From Microcystis aeruginosa NIES-2549 (GTDB lineage: Bacteria > Cyanobacteriota > Cyanobacteriia > Cyanobacteriales > Microcystaceae), in assembly GCF_000981785.2 (NCBI RefSeq), contig NZ_CP011304.1, forward strand, positions 2,520,001-2,552,000: a stretch of 32,000 nt of DNA, given 5' to 3'. Each line of letters starts with the position of its first letter. The stretch's first letter is position 1. The translations under genes were made by a program, and so were the position numbers. Below are positions 8,553 through 16,919 of this stretch, piece after piece. The notes below the pieces were generated by a model that did not search any database, had not been told where the DNA came from, and worked only from the letters and a program-made list of their open reading frames with translations.

Positions 8553-8668
8553 GTAGGGTGGGTGTTTGCATCGATAATCTCTGACAAAAAAAACAATTAA
8601 TAATCCGCACCCCACGCAGCAACTTAATTATTAAATGGGTGCGTTAGCCAAAGCGTAACGCACCCTAC
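8553..8668 (+). repeat. MITE-like element with GTAGGGTG...CACCCTAC termini and an internal 10-bp stem hairpin (right flank of hicBA)
   Basis: GTAGGGTG at 8553-8560 is inverted at 8661-8668. GGGTGCGTTA (8637-8646) pairs with TAACGCACCC (8656-8665). The first roughly 100 bp are a direct repeat of 7972-8066. Confidence 0.6.
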
Positions 8669-8862
8669 GATTGATGTTTCTGTTTGTGGATAAATTGACA
8701 AAAGTTGCTCAAAATATAGCCTTAGCAAGATAAATCGGCCTATTCCTAGTTAACCTGAGTTGAGGATAAGCCGAAACCCTAATTTTACCCTAGCTGGTTA
8801 GCTCTATTCTTTCGTGGAAGTCATGGCAAAATCTCCTTAACCCGAACTAACTTAGCTTACAA

Positions 8863-9882
8863 TTAATTCTTTGTACCAATGCCATCACACAAATGTCTAT
8901 CTTCCTCCCTGACATTAATATTATTCTGCAAATAAACCCGCACCCAATCGCAACTACGCCCCATTAAAGCATCTAAATCCCAGCCATTGTTTCCATTCCA
9001 GAGTTTGATAGTCTTGTCCCAACTACCGCTCACCAAAGTCTTGCCGTCGGGACTAAAATTAACGCTTTCGACATAGCCCTCATGCCCCTTGAGGGTGCGG
9101 ATTTCTTTGCCTGTTTTTACATTCCAGAGTTTGATAGTCTTGTCAACACTACCGCTCACCAATGTCTTGCCGTCGGGACTAAAATTAACGCTATAGACAT
9201 AGCTATCATGCCCCTTGAGGGTGCGGATTTCTTTGCCTGTTTCTACATTCCAGAGTTTGATAGTCTTGTCAACACTACCGCTCACCAAAGTCTTGCCGTC
9301 GGGACTAAAATTAACGCTTATGACAGAGTCATCATGCCCCTTGAGGGTGTGGAGTTTTTCGCCTGTTTTTACTTTCCAGAGTATGATAGTTTTGTCATCA
9401 CTACCGCTCACCAATGTCTTGCCGTCGGGACTAAAATTAACGCTATGGACATAGCTACCATGCCCTTCTAAGCGATTGCGTTCACTTTTGCGGTTGAGAA
9501 GTTCCTGTAAGGCATTCATCACCTCCTTGTCGGATGCCTGCTGCTTTTGTAGAGTTTTTCCTGCCTTAATCGCTAAGACGAAAGCATCTAATTCTTTTCC
9601 TTTATCAAACAAAGACAAGGAAGAAAACCCGCGAGCATTTGTCAGATTAAGTTCCGCTTGTTGTGTTTTTTGCCAAGCCATCAAACCCAATCCCGTACTA
9701 ATCACCACCGCCACCAAGGAACCCGCCGCAATCCCCCAAGCGGTTCTAATTTCGCGCCGCCTGCGGGCTGCTTCGGCTTGTTTTATCCGTTCTCGTTCCT
9801 GAAGACTCCGCTTAATAAAATCCTGTTCACTTTGGCTAATATCTTCGGTTCTTCCGAACTTACACTGTAGAAAATTCCTCAA
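8863..9882 (-). CDS. TM segment plus WD40-repeat fragment; C-terminal half of a STAND NTPase-WD40 gene split by a MITE
   Basis: The 339-aa ORF begins at a TTG inside the inserted element. It contains one hydrophobic helix (AWGIAAGSLVAVVISTGLGLMAW) and four 42-aa WD40 repeats (GH..V.SVNFSPDGKTLVSGS.DKTIKLW). It becomes in frame with 9961..11433 once the element is removed. Confidence 0.85.
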   Translation of the reverse strand: MRNFLQCKFGRTEDISQSEQDFIKRSLQERERIKQAEAARRRREIRTAWGIAAGSLVAVVISTGLGLMAWQKTQQAELNLTNARGFSSLSLFDKGKELDAFVLAIKAGKTLQKQQASDKEVMNALQELLNRKSERNRLEGHGSYVHSVNFSPDGKTLVSGSDDKTIILWKVKTGEKLHTLKGHDDSVISVNFSPDGKTLVSGSVDKTIKLWNVETGKEIRTLKGHDSYVYSVNFSPDGKTLVSGSVDKTIKLWNVKTGKEIRTLKGHEGYVESVNFSPDGKTLVSGSWDKTIKLWNGNNGWDLDALMGRSCDWVRVYLQNNINVREEDRHLCDGIGTKN

Positions 9883-10009
9883 GCTCCCTCTCTGCCCAGC
9901 AAGGCTCTAAAGTTGATAAATATCAATCTAACAAAAACTCAAAAACTTAGTATACAAGCTTTACAAGCACAAGTTGTTGATAGTTTTACATGACAGGTTC
10001 GGTAGAGCC
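9847..10009. mobile_element. 163-bp MITE-like insertion with imperfect terminal inverted repeats and an 8-bp target site duplication
   Basis: ATATCTTC occurs at 9839-9846 and again at 10010-10017. The ends GGTTCTTCCGAAC... and ...GTTCGGTAGAGCC are inverted (12 of the first 15 nt match). The element has no coding capacity. Confidence 0.8.
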
Positions 10010-11433
10010 ATATCTTCTGGGCGTTTCTTCAGTTGTTCTTCCGCCTCCGCCAACGCCGCCCCGCGCAACAATGAGCCTTCATCCCCCTGCGTCTGCTGCC
10101 ATTGCCCCATCGCTCCCCGCAAACGCTCTTGCCAAGCGCGAAAAACCCTGTCTGTGTCCATCCAGCCCCGCAATTCCCCCCAATTGCGAATCAGTGCTTC
10201 ATGCACCACTTCCACCGTCTCCACCTGTGCCTCTTCACTGCGACTGGTGACAACTAAACGCGCATCCGCCAGTTGTTTCACCAGCGCCCAATTTACCGCC
10301 CCTAATTCCGCTTTTGTCGCCAGCCGCCGCGTATCTTCTGTGCCTTCCCCTGGGCGTACCAATTGGATGAAAATGCGCCGCATCTGTTCCCGTTGCGCCT
10401 CACTCAGCTTGTCATATTCTTCATTGGCATGGGGGGCCAAAGCACCCTGCACTTGGCCAATTTCTGTATATGCCAGATGGGTTAACTGTTGGCCCTGTCG
10501 CCGCTGCCACAATTCCGTTAAGGCAAACTCTAGTAATGGCAAATTCCCCGGCTCACTCTCCACATCATCGAGGATGCGCTCCACCAGTCCCGCTTCAAAT
10601 GTCACCCCCAATTTTTGCGCCGGTTTTTCAATAACTTCTGTGAGTTCTTCTCGGTTCATCGGCCCCAATTTCAAGTCAGTATTTTGTAAGACATCGGCAA
10701 AGGTACGATAGGAAAGAGCATTCCCCAAGAAATCGGCCCGCATAGTTAATACCAACACCATTCCTACCCTTTCAAAGGGGAATGTAGTTAATTTATCGAG
10801 AAAATTACGGCGGATTGTTTCATCAGGACAGAGGGTATAAAGTTCCTCAAATTGGTCGGCAATTAGCAGTACCCGTTCACTGGGATAATTGTGTTGGATT
10901 TGGGCAAAAACATCAGCTAAAGGAATGTCGCCATCACGCAAATAATTGGCTAACTGACGCGCTTGGGCGAGGCGGTCTGTCTCATTTAAATTAGTTGTAT
11001 AAAGGGGAACTAATGCCAAAGCTAGGGCATGAAAAGGGTCAGAACCGGGACGAAAATGGGTAAACTGCCAGTGACCTTCTTGTTGCAATTTAGGGACTAA
11101 TCCCGCAAAAACTACCGAGGATTTACCACTTCCCGACGCACCTAATAGGGGGATAAAATTACGGGTTTGGGTTTCCTGAAATAGGATTTTAATAAAGCTT
11201 TTGCGCCCAAAAAAGTATTCTGCATCTCCTGGCCCAAAATGAAACAAGCCACGATAGGGACAGGGCAGTTTATCATCGGCAACATCGGCAGAATCAGCAG
11301 GGGCTATTCTTGCTTCTTCTCGATAATAGTAATTGGTAATCGTGATGGTTGCATTGCCAGTCCCAGAGGTAGCAGCATATTGAGCTTTTGTAATATTTTG
11401 TTGAATTTCGCTTGGTTCTGACATATCAACCAT
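9961..11433 (-). CDS. STAND-type P-loop NTPase fragment (N-terminal half of the split gene) with an N-terminal G/N/S/T-rich motif
   Basis: 490-aa ORF. It has Walker A (LLGASGSGKSS), a Walker B-like segment (VLLIADQFEELY) and a helical arm. The last 16 residues (MALPNLSCKTINNLCL) are encoded by the inserted element. Confidence 0.85.
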   Translation of the reverse strand: MVDMSEPSEIQQNITKAQYAATSGTGNATITITNYYYREEARIAPADSADVADDKLPCPYRGLFHFGPGDAEYFFGRKSFIKILFQETQTRNFIPLLGASGSGKSSVVFAGLVPKLQQEGHWQFTHFRPGSDPFHALALALVPLYTTNLNETDRLAQARQLANYLRDGDIPLADVFAQIQHNYPSERVLLIADQFEELYTLCPDETIRRNFLDKLTTFPFERVGMVLVLTMRADFLGNALSYRTFADVLQNTDLKLGPMNREELTEVIEKPAQKLGVTFEAGLVERILDDVESEPGNLPLLEFALTELWQRRQGQQLTHLAYTEIGQVQGALAPHANEEYDKLSEAQREQMRRIFIQLVRPGEGTEDTRRLATKAELGAVNWALVKQLADARLVVTSRSEEAQVETVEVVHEALIRNWGELRGWMDTDRVFRAWQERLRGAMGQWQQTQGDEGSLLRGAALAEAEEQLKKRPEDMALPNLSCKTINNLCL

Positions 11434-11455
11434 CCTGATTAATTAAAATACAGTC

Positions 11456-11864
11456 TCAGTCATCCTTAGATGTGCCATGCTCGGTGATGCCGCTAATACT
11501 AGCATTACCCGTGCCAGAGGTAGCAGCATATTTAACATTACTGATATTTTGGGTGATAATTTGTTGTCCACCGGGTTGTTCTTGGAGCTTGTCTAGTAAA
11601 TCTTGGGCTAATTTAGTGATTTCATTATCTTTATCAACCCCGGCTTCGACAATTTTATCTTTTAACAAACCTTCAGCTTTCTTGATATCCTCTGGTTTTG
11701 CCTCTACCATGGCTTGTGCTAAAGCATCATTAGTAAACTTACGCTTAATCAAGGTTTTCAAACCTTGATATGTATCTATCTTTAACGCCTTTTTCCGCCG
11801 TATCCTTAGCCGCAGCAACCGCACCGGCAGTCAAGGCGGTGACAATCAGAGAAATTGGTTCCAT
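11456..11864 (-). pseudogene. small alpha-helical protein with a C-terminal motif matching the NTPase N-terminus (candidate Bell/HeLo-like effector); apparent +1 frameshift
   Basis: ATG at 11864 opens MEPISLIVTALTAGAVAAAKDTAEKGVKD..., which stops at 11745-11747. The body of the protein (YQGLKTLIKRKF...QNISNVKYAATSGTGNASISGI...) continues in the +1 frame down to 11456. Confidence 0.6.
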
Positions 11865-11881
11865 TGTTTGATGCTCCCAAT

Positions 11882-11910
11882 AAAATATTGCTAACTCAAT
11901 TTTAGATCAA
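11882..11910 (-). promoter_or_regulatory. candidate promoter for the small-protein/NTPase gene pair
   Basis: On the minus strand: TTGATC (11905-11910), a 17-nt spacer, then TATTTT (11882-11887), about 18 nt upstream of ATG 11864. A GGGAG ribosome-binding-like motif lies between them. Confidence 0.3.
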
Positions 11911-12113
11911 ATCAGTTTTTAATAGTAAGCCAAACCGCAATCAGCTAGAGAACTGGAATTTCACGGCCAAGGCACTAAACCTTAAAAGTATTGCTATATA
12001 AGAATCGTAGCTGAAAAAGCCAAACTACGGTTTTCCCTGTGGATGGGGTTTATCAGTTATCAGATTTGAGTTTTCAATTCACTGTTTACTGAACACTGAA
12101 AAAAACTCTCTGG

Positions 12114-14900
12114 TTATCGCCGATGATACCAACGGGTAAATAATTTTTCTAACTCCACCCAAACGAATAATAAGGTACTAAATCCCAAACAGATTAATAA
12201 TTCTTCTTTAGTTAAAAATTGAGTACCGAAAAAATCCCGCAGGGCAGGAACATAGATTAACATCAGTTGAAAAATTGTCGTCAGGGTTACTGCTACCCAG
12301 AGATAGGGATTAGTCAAAGGATTCATTTCTATGGTAAGATGATCGCTCGATCGCACGGAAATGGCATGACCCATTTGAGCTAAACAGAGAGTAGTAAAAA
12401 CCATAGTTTTCCATGAACCAGTATTACCAAAAAGTGGATCCAAGCGCACAGCGATCAACATTTGAGTGATATTAATAATCGAAAAAATAATCCCAATTCT
12501 CACAATATAACTGCCCAAACCGCGAGCAAAAATACTTTCTTGGGGACTAAAAGGAGGGCGACGCATAATATTAGGAGAAGCGGGTTCCACTGCCAAAGCT
12601 AACGCGGGTAAACCATCAGTAACTAAATTCATCCAGAGAATTTGTAGGGGAGTGAGAGGAGTAACTAAACCCAAAAGAGGCGAAGCGGCGATAGTAATCA
12701 CTTCCCCGATATTACTGCCGAGAATATATTTAATAAAACTGCGAATATTGTTATAAACCACTCGCCCTTCTTCCGTGGCAGCGACGATAGTGGCAAAATT
12801 ATCATCGAGGAGAATCATATCACTAGCCTCTTTGGTGACATCGGTTCCGGCGATTCCCATGGCAATGCCGATATCTGCTTGTTTCAGGGCCGGAGCATCA
12901 TTCACCCCATCTCCGGTCATAGCAACAAATTTACCCTTTTTTTGCAAGGCGCGGACAATAGTTAATTTATGTTCGGGAGAAACACGGGCATAGATGTTAG
13001 TTTTGTCAATGATGTTTTCTAGCTGAATTGGTGATAATTTATCTAATTCTTGCCCTGAGATGACTAAAGCTCCCGCTTGGGCAATACCAAGACTTTTAGC
13101 CACCGCTAGAGCGGTTAATTGATGATCGCCGGTGATCATAATCGGACGGATTCCCGCTTCTCGACACCTAGCCACGGCGATTTGTGCCTCTGGTCGCGGT
13201 GCATCGATCATACCGACCATTCCTAACCAAATTAGCTTATCTTCGCTGATTTCAGTTGATTCTGGCGGATAAATTAGTGTTTTATAGGCTAATCCTAAGA
13301 CTCGTAAACCCCTGTTAGCCATAGCATTGTTAGCGACTAAGACTTTTTCTTTTTCCCTATCCCCAAAAGGAAGACTTTCTAATCCCGATTGGTAGGAGAG
13401 ACACTGTTCAAGGATTAATTCCGGGGAACCTTTGGTAAATAGTACGCGATTGACTCCTTGACAAATGACCGACATTCGCTTTCTTTGAGAAGAAAAGGGG
13501 ATTTCAGCGATTCTAGGGAACTCTTGCTTGGTTAGGGATAAATTTAAGCCCGCTTTCGCCCCTAAAACTAATAAGGCTCCTTCCGTGGGATCGCCTAAAA
13601 TGCTATCGTGACCGTTATCGAGGTCTAAACTGGCATCGTTGCAGAGGATACTGGCAATTAAAAGATGATGTAATTCTAGATCGGTTTTGGGATCGATCGC
13701 CCGTTGCTCGGAGTCTAAAAATTGTCCTTTTGGACTATATCCTTCCCCAGTAACTAAAAAACTGCGATTAACTGTCTCTATCTCGCGTACAATCATTTTA
13801 TTTTCCGTTAGCGTCCCTGTTTTGTCGGAACAGATCACATTAACAGAACCAAGGGTTTCTACTGCCGGCAGTTTGCGAATCAAGGCCTGACGTTTGACCA
13901 TGCGTTGGGTACCTAGGGCGAGCGTTAGGGTGATAACTGCGGGTAATCCTTCGGGAACGACGGCTACTGCCATACTAAGGGAAACTTCGACCAATTCCTG
14001 TAGGGCCGACCAACCGGCATTGATCAGGCCGATGGTAATAGTCAGGGCCACTAGAATGAGAGAACCAGCAACAAGGACATTACCCAAGTGAGTCATTCTT
14101 TTTTGGAGAGGAGTGGGTTCATTGCCGACTGTTGCTAACATTTGAGCGATTTTGCCTAATTCCGTTGTCATCCCCGTATTGGTAACGATGACCTTGGCCC
14201 GGCCTTGCAGTACCTCTGTTCCAGTAAAGACAAAATTTAAGCGATCGCCAAGGGGAGTATCCCTGTCTAAGGGGTCAATGGAGGCGGATTTATTAACACT
14301 ATTTGCCTCTCCTGTCAAGGCCGATTCGCGAATTTGCAGGTTAAAAGCTTCGATAATTTGGCCGTCGGCGCTGATTTGGGTTCCCGCTTCAATCAGCATG
14401 ATGTCCCCGGGGACGAGATTAACCGCATCTATTTCTGTGCGTTGACCCTCGCGAATAACATTAACTTGGGGAGAGGAAAGTTTTTTTAAAGCGGCCAGAG
14501 CTTTTTCGGCGCGACTTTCTTGCAGATAGCCGAGGATACCATTGAGGATGACAATTGTTAAGATAGCGATCGTATCTTTGAAGGGAACACCAATTTTAGC
14601 CAGATGACCGCGCTGCAATTCCAGTAAATCTAGTCCTCCGGAAATTATGGCCACGGCAATTAAGAGGAGGAGCATAATATTGGTAAACTGATCTAGGAGA
14701 ATTTGCCAATTACTGCGCCCTGGACGTTCTTTTAGTTCATTTTTGCCATAATATTTAATTCTTTGGGCGATTTGCTCCCTATTGAGGCCATTAACAGCCG
14801 AACTACCGAGGATAGATAGGGTGGTTTCCACCGGATAGGTATGCCAAGGTTGTTGCAAGTTAAGGCTAGAATGGGCAGAATAGTCAGCATTAGCGGCCAT
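12114..14900 (-). CDS. pacL: cation-transporting P-type ATPase, Ca2+-ATPase (type IIA, PacL-like)
   Basis: 928-aa ORF with the P-type signatures [13 protein letters not shown] (phosphorylation site), [18 protein letters not shown] and PEGLPAV in TM4, plus about 10 predicted TM segments. Confidence 0.9.
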   Translation of the reverse strand: MAANADYSAHSSLNLQQPWHTYPVETTLSILGSSAVNGLNREQIAQRIKYYGKNELKERPGRSNWQILLDQFTNIMLLLLIAVAIISGGLDLLELQRGHLAKIGVPFKDTIAILTIVILNGILGYLQESRAEKALAALKKLSSPQVNVIREGQRTEIDAVNLVPGDIMLIEAGTQISADGQIIEAFNLQIRESALTGEANSVNKSASIDPLDRDTPLGDRLNFVFTGTEVLQGRAKVIVTNTGMTTELGKIAQMLATVGNEPTPLQKRMTHLGNVLVAGSLILVALTITIGLINAGWSALQELVEVSLSMAVAVVPEGLPAVITLTLALGTQRMVKRQALIRKLPAVETLGSVNVICSDKTGTLTENKMIVREIETVNRSFLVTGEGYSPKGQFLDSEQRAIDPKTDLELHHLLIASILCNDASLDLDNGHDSILGDPTEGALLVLGAKAGLNLSLTKQEFPRIAEIPFSSQRKRMSVICQGVNRVLFTKGSPELILEQCLSYQSGLESLPFGDREKEKVLVANNAMANRGLRVLGLAYKTLIYPPESTEISEDKLIWLGMVGMIDAPRPEAQIAVARCREAGIRPIMITGDHQLTALAVAKSLGIAQAGALVISGQELDKLSPIQLENIIDKTNIYARVSPEHKLTIVRALQKKGKFVAMTGDGVNDAPALKQADIGIAMGIAGTDVTKEASDMILLDDNFATIVAATEEGRVVYNNIRSFIKYILGSNIGEVITIAASPLLGLVTPLTPLQILWMNLVTDGLPALALAVEPASPNIMRRPPFSPQESIFARGLGSYIVRIGIIFSIINITQMLIAVRLDPLFGNTGSWKTMVFTTLCLAQMGHAISVRSSDHLTIEMNPLTNPYLWVAVTLTTIFQLMLIYVPALRDFFGTQFLTKEELLICLGFSTLLFVWVELEKLFTRWYHRR

Positions 14901-15049
14901 GGCAAGTGAAGATAGTTGATCTAAATAGATCTTAGCCCTTTCTTTCCAGGGTCACAGGAAAAACAAATGCTCAAACTGGCTCTTCCTGCTCATAGACAGT
15001 CTTAACGGGTAATTTAGATAAGTAGCTGGTTATAATTAAATTGAAGATA

Positions 15050-15116
15050 GATCCCCCCTGCCCCCCTTGATAAGGGGGGTGCCGATCCCCCCTTAATCCC
15101 CCCTTGATAAGGGTGG
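15050..15116. repeat. C/G-run palindromic repeat cluster (GATCCCCCC and CCCCCCTTGATAAGGGGGG units)
   Basis: CCCCCCTTGATAAGGGGGG at 15061-15079 (6-bp stem, 7-nt loop) recurs in degenerate form at 15098-15116. GATCCCCCC occurs at 15050 and 15084. The cluster lies between the kinase gene 3' end and the pacL 5' region. Confidence 0.7.
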
Positions 15117-15156
15117 TGTCTGAAAGTTTTTAACATCTACCTACTTAGTCAACAGC

Positions 15157-16263
15157 TTAGTAGGGCAAAGTAAACCAAAATTGTGAACCTTTTTCGTCAT
15201 TATTCATAATGCCAATTTCCCCTCCGTGAGCATGGATAATTTGACGACATAGATATAAACCTAGTCCTAAACTAATCTGATTATTATTGTTGCCTCGTTG
15301 ATAGCGATCAAATAATTTTTTTCTCTGGGTTTCGCTAATTCCCACCCCATTATCGGCAATAGTACACCGGAGATAATTGCCCTCTAGTCTAGCGGATAAA
15401 GTGATAATTATTCCTTGGGGATTGTGTTTAAGAGCATTGGCTAATAAATTCTCAAAAACTCGCCAGAGATGGTGAGCATCGGCATTAACTAAGGGTAAAT
15501 CGGGGGAAAAATTATTAATTAAAGTTGCTTGATTTTCCTTTAATCTTAACTCCCATTCCTGGCCGATCTGTTGACCGATTTCGTAGAGAGATAAAGGCTT
15601 TAGTGCTAGGGAAACTCCCCAAAGATCATTTTGTCGGGTTTCGACGAGAGAATCAATTAAAGTTAATTGTCGATCGCAACTGTTGGCCATCTGTTGTAAA
15701 ATCTTCAGGGATACTTCTTTAGTTTCTCCCTGAGAATTTTTAATTAAATTATTTAAGATCATTGACATCCCGATCACGGGATTGCGGAGATCGTGAGAGA
15801 CAGCATGAAGATAAATTTCTAAAGTTTCCTCAGTTTTTTGACGTTCTTTAATTTCGTTTTGTAGTTGTTTTTTTTGACGGCAAATAGTTAATTGATTTTC
15901 GATGCGTGCCATCACTTCTTCCCCTTGAAAAGGTTTAGAAATATAATCAACACCTCCCACTTGAAAAGCTTTGACTTTATCTAAGACATCATCAAGGGCG
16001 CTGATAAAAATCACGGGAATTTCTCTGGTTTTTTGATCAGCTTTTAACTGTTCACAAACTTGATAACCATTGAGATCGGGCATATTAATATCAAGGAGAA
16101 TCAGATCGGGAATTAGCGATCGCACTGTATTCAGGGCCATCTGTCCATTAATCGCTTTCCGTACCTGATATCCCTTCTCGGTGAGCATAATCGACAATAG
16201 CCGCACATTATTGGGCAAATCATCGACAATTAAGACACTAGGGCGCGGTGTGAGTTGAGTCAT
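15157..16263 (-). CDS. hybrid response-regulator receiver / histidine kinase
   Basis: The REC domain (VLIVDDLPNNVRLL...DLILLDINMPDLNG...ISKPF) is followed by a HisKA H-box (LHAVSHDLRNP) and HATPase_c motifs (NLLANALKHN, DNGVGI, GLGLYLCR). The start was chosen at ATG 16263 (MTQLTPRP) rather than the track start at 16329. Confidence 0.85.
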   Translation of the reverse strand: MTQLTPRPSVLIVDDLPNNVRLLSIMLTEKGYQVRKAINGQMALNTVRSLIPDLILLDINMPDLNGYQVCEQLKADQKTREIPVIFISALDDVLDKVKAFQVGGVDYISKPFQGEEVMARIENQLTICRQKKQLQNEIKERQKTEETLEIYLHAVSHDLRNPVIGMSMILNNLIKNSQGETKEVSLKILQQMANSCDRQLTLIDSLVETRQNDLWGVSLALKPLSLYEIGQQIGQEWELRLKENQATLINNFSPDLPLVNADAHHLWRVFENLLANALKHNPQGIIITLSARLEGNYLRCTIADNGVGISETQRKKLFDRYQRGNNNNQISLGLGLYLCRQIIHAHGGEIGIMNNDEKGSQFWFTLPY

Positions 16264-16367
16264 GCCGGTTATTTTATAACTCAAACTATTTAGTAAAAGT
16301 GTATAAAAAAACAGACGCGACACTCGCATCTGTTACAAAATTAACTATATTTTGAGGACAAGAACAT

Positions 16368-16805
16368 CTAAGGACTTTCACCACCCACAGCGATACCAGT
16401 ACCATAAATCTGAGCATTTGTCAAGTTAATTCTCTCCATTGATGCACCCGTCACATCGGCATCATAAATCACCGCGCTGGTGAAATTGACTCCATCGAGA
16501 TCAGCTTGATTCAAACTGGCATTAGTCAGAAAAGCTGCGGTTAAATTTGCGCCTTCTAGGTTAGCATCGGTCAAATCTGCGCCCTCTAAGTTAGCTTCCT
16601 CCAGATTAGCTCCCTGTAAATTCGCTTTTCTCAAATCGGCACCGATTAGATGCGCCCCTCTTAAATCTGCACCACGGAGATCACAGCCCGGACATTCCCG
16701 CGTATTCAATAACTCTTGTACCTGTTGAGGATTTTCGGCGCTGACGGGGTTAATCAGCAGTAAGGAAGCTAGGGAACCTAGAACAATCATTAAAGTCCTT
16801 TTCAT
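16368..16805 (-). CDS. secreted pentapeptide-repeat protein
   Basis: A signal-peptide-like N-terminus (MKRTLMIVLGSLASLLLINPVSA) is preceded by GAGGAGG. It is followed by tandem A(D/N)LxG pentapeptide repeats (ADLRGAHLIGADLRKANLQGANLEEANLEGADL...). Confidence 0.85.
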   Translation of the reverse strand: MKRTLMIVLGSLASLLLINPVSAENPQQVQELLNTRECPGCDLRGADLRGAHLIGADLRKANLQGANLEEANLEGADLTDANLEGANLTAAFLTNASLNQADLDGVNFTSAVIYDADVTGASMERINLTNAQIYGTGIAVGGESP

Positions 16806-16919
16806 CTTTTTCGCCTCCTCTTTCGTTTTCCTCTCTACTTTTAGGATAGGAAAAAAGCTGCTAACCAACTTCCCCCGATCGGGCTAATTCTCCTGTTATC
16901 TCACTTTTGCTTGCTGTTG

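Noticed and set aside
9082-9471. 129-aa and 79-aa plus-strand ORFs with internal repeats
   Set aside because: They are antisense to the WD40 repeats. Their periodicity simply mirrors the 126-bp DNA repeat of the real minus-strand gene.
9974-10711. 245-aa plus-strand ORF (also 9990..10250 and 11239..11421)
   Set aside because: It lies entirely antisense to the well-supported STAND NTPase gene. The translation is Ser/Arg/Cys/Pro-rich low complexity with no motifs, typical of a shadow ORF.
11785-11797. Programmed -1 ribosomal frameshift at the A-run (GAAAAAGG) in the small effector-like gene
   Set aside because: The downstream frame is displaced by +1, not -1, relative to the ATG frame. No canonical slippery heptamer or stimulatory structure was seen, so an indel or sequencing error is more parsimonious.
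16264-16329. N-terminal 22-codon extension of the REC-histidine kinase ORF
   Set aside because: The extension (MRVSRLFFYTLLLNSLSYKITG) precedes a good ATG (MTQLTPRP) placed just before the receiver domain. The longer start would leave almost no spacer to the upstream gene.
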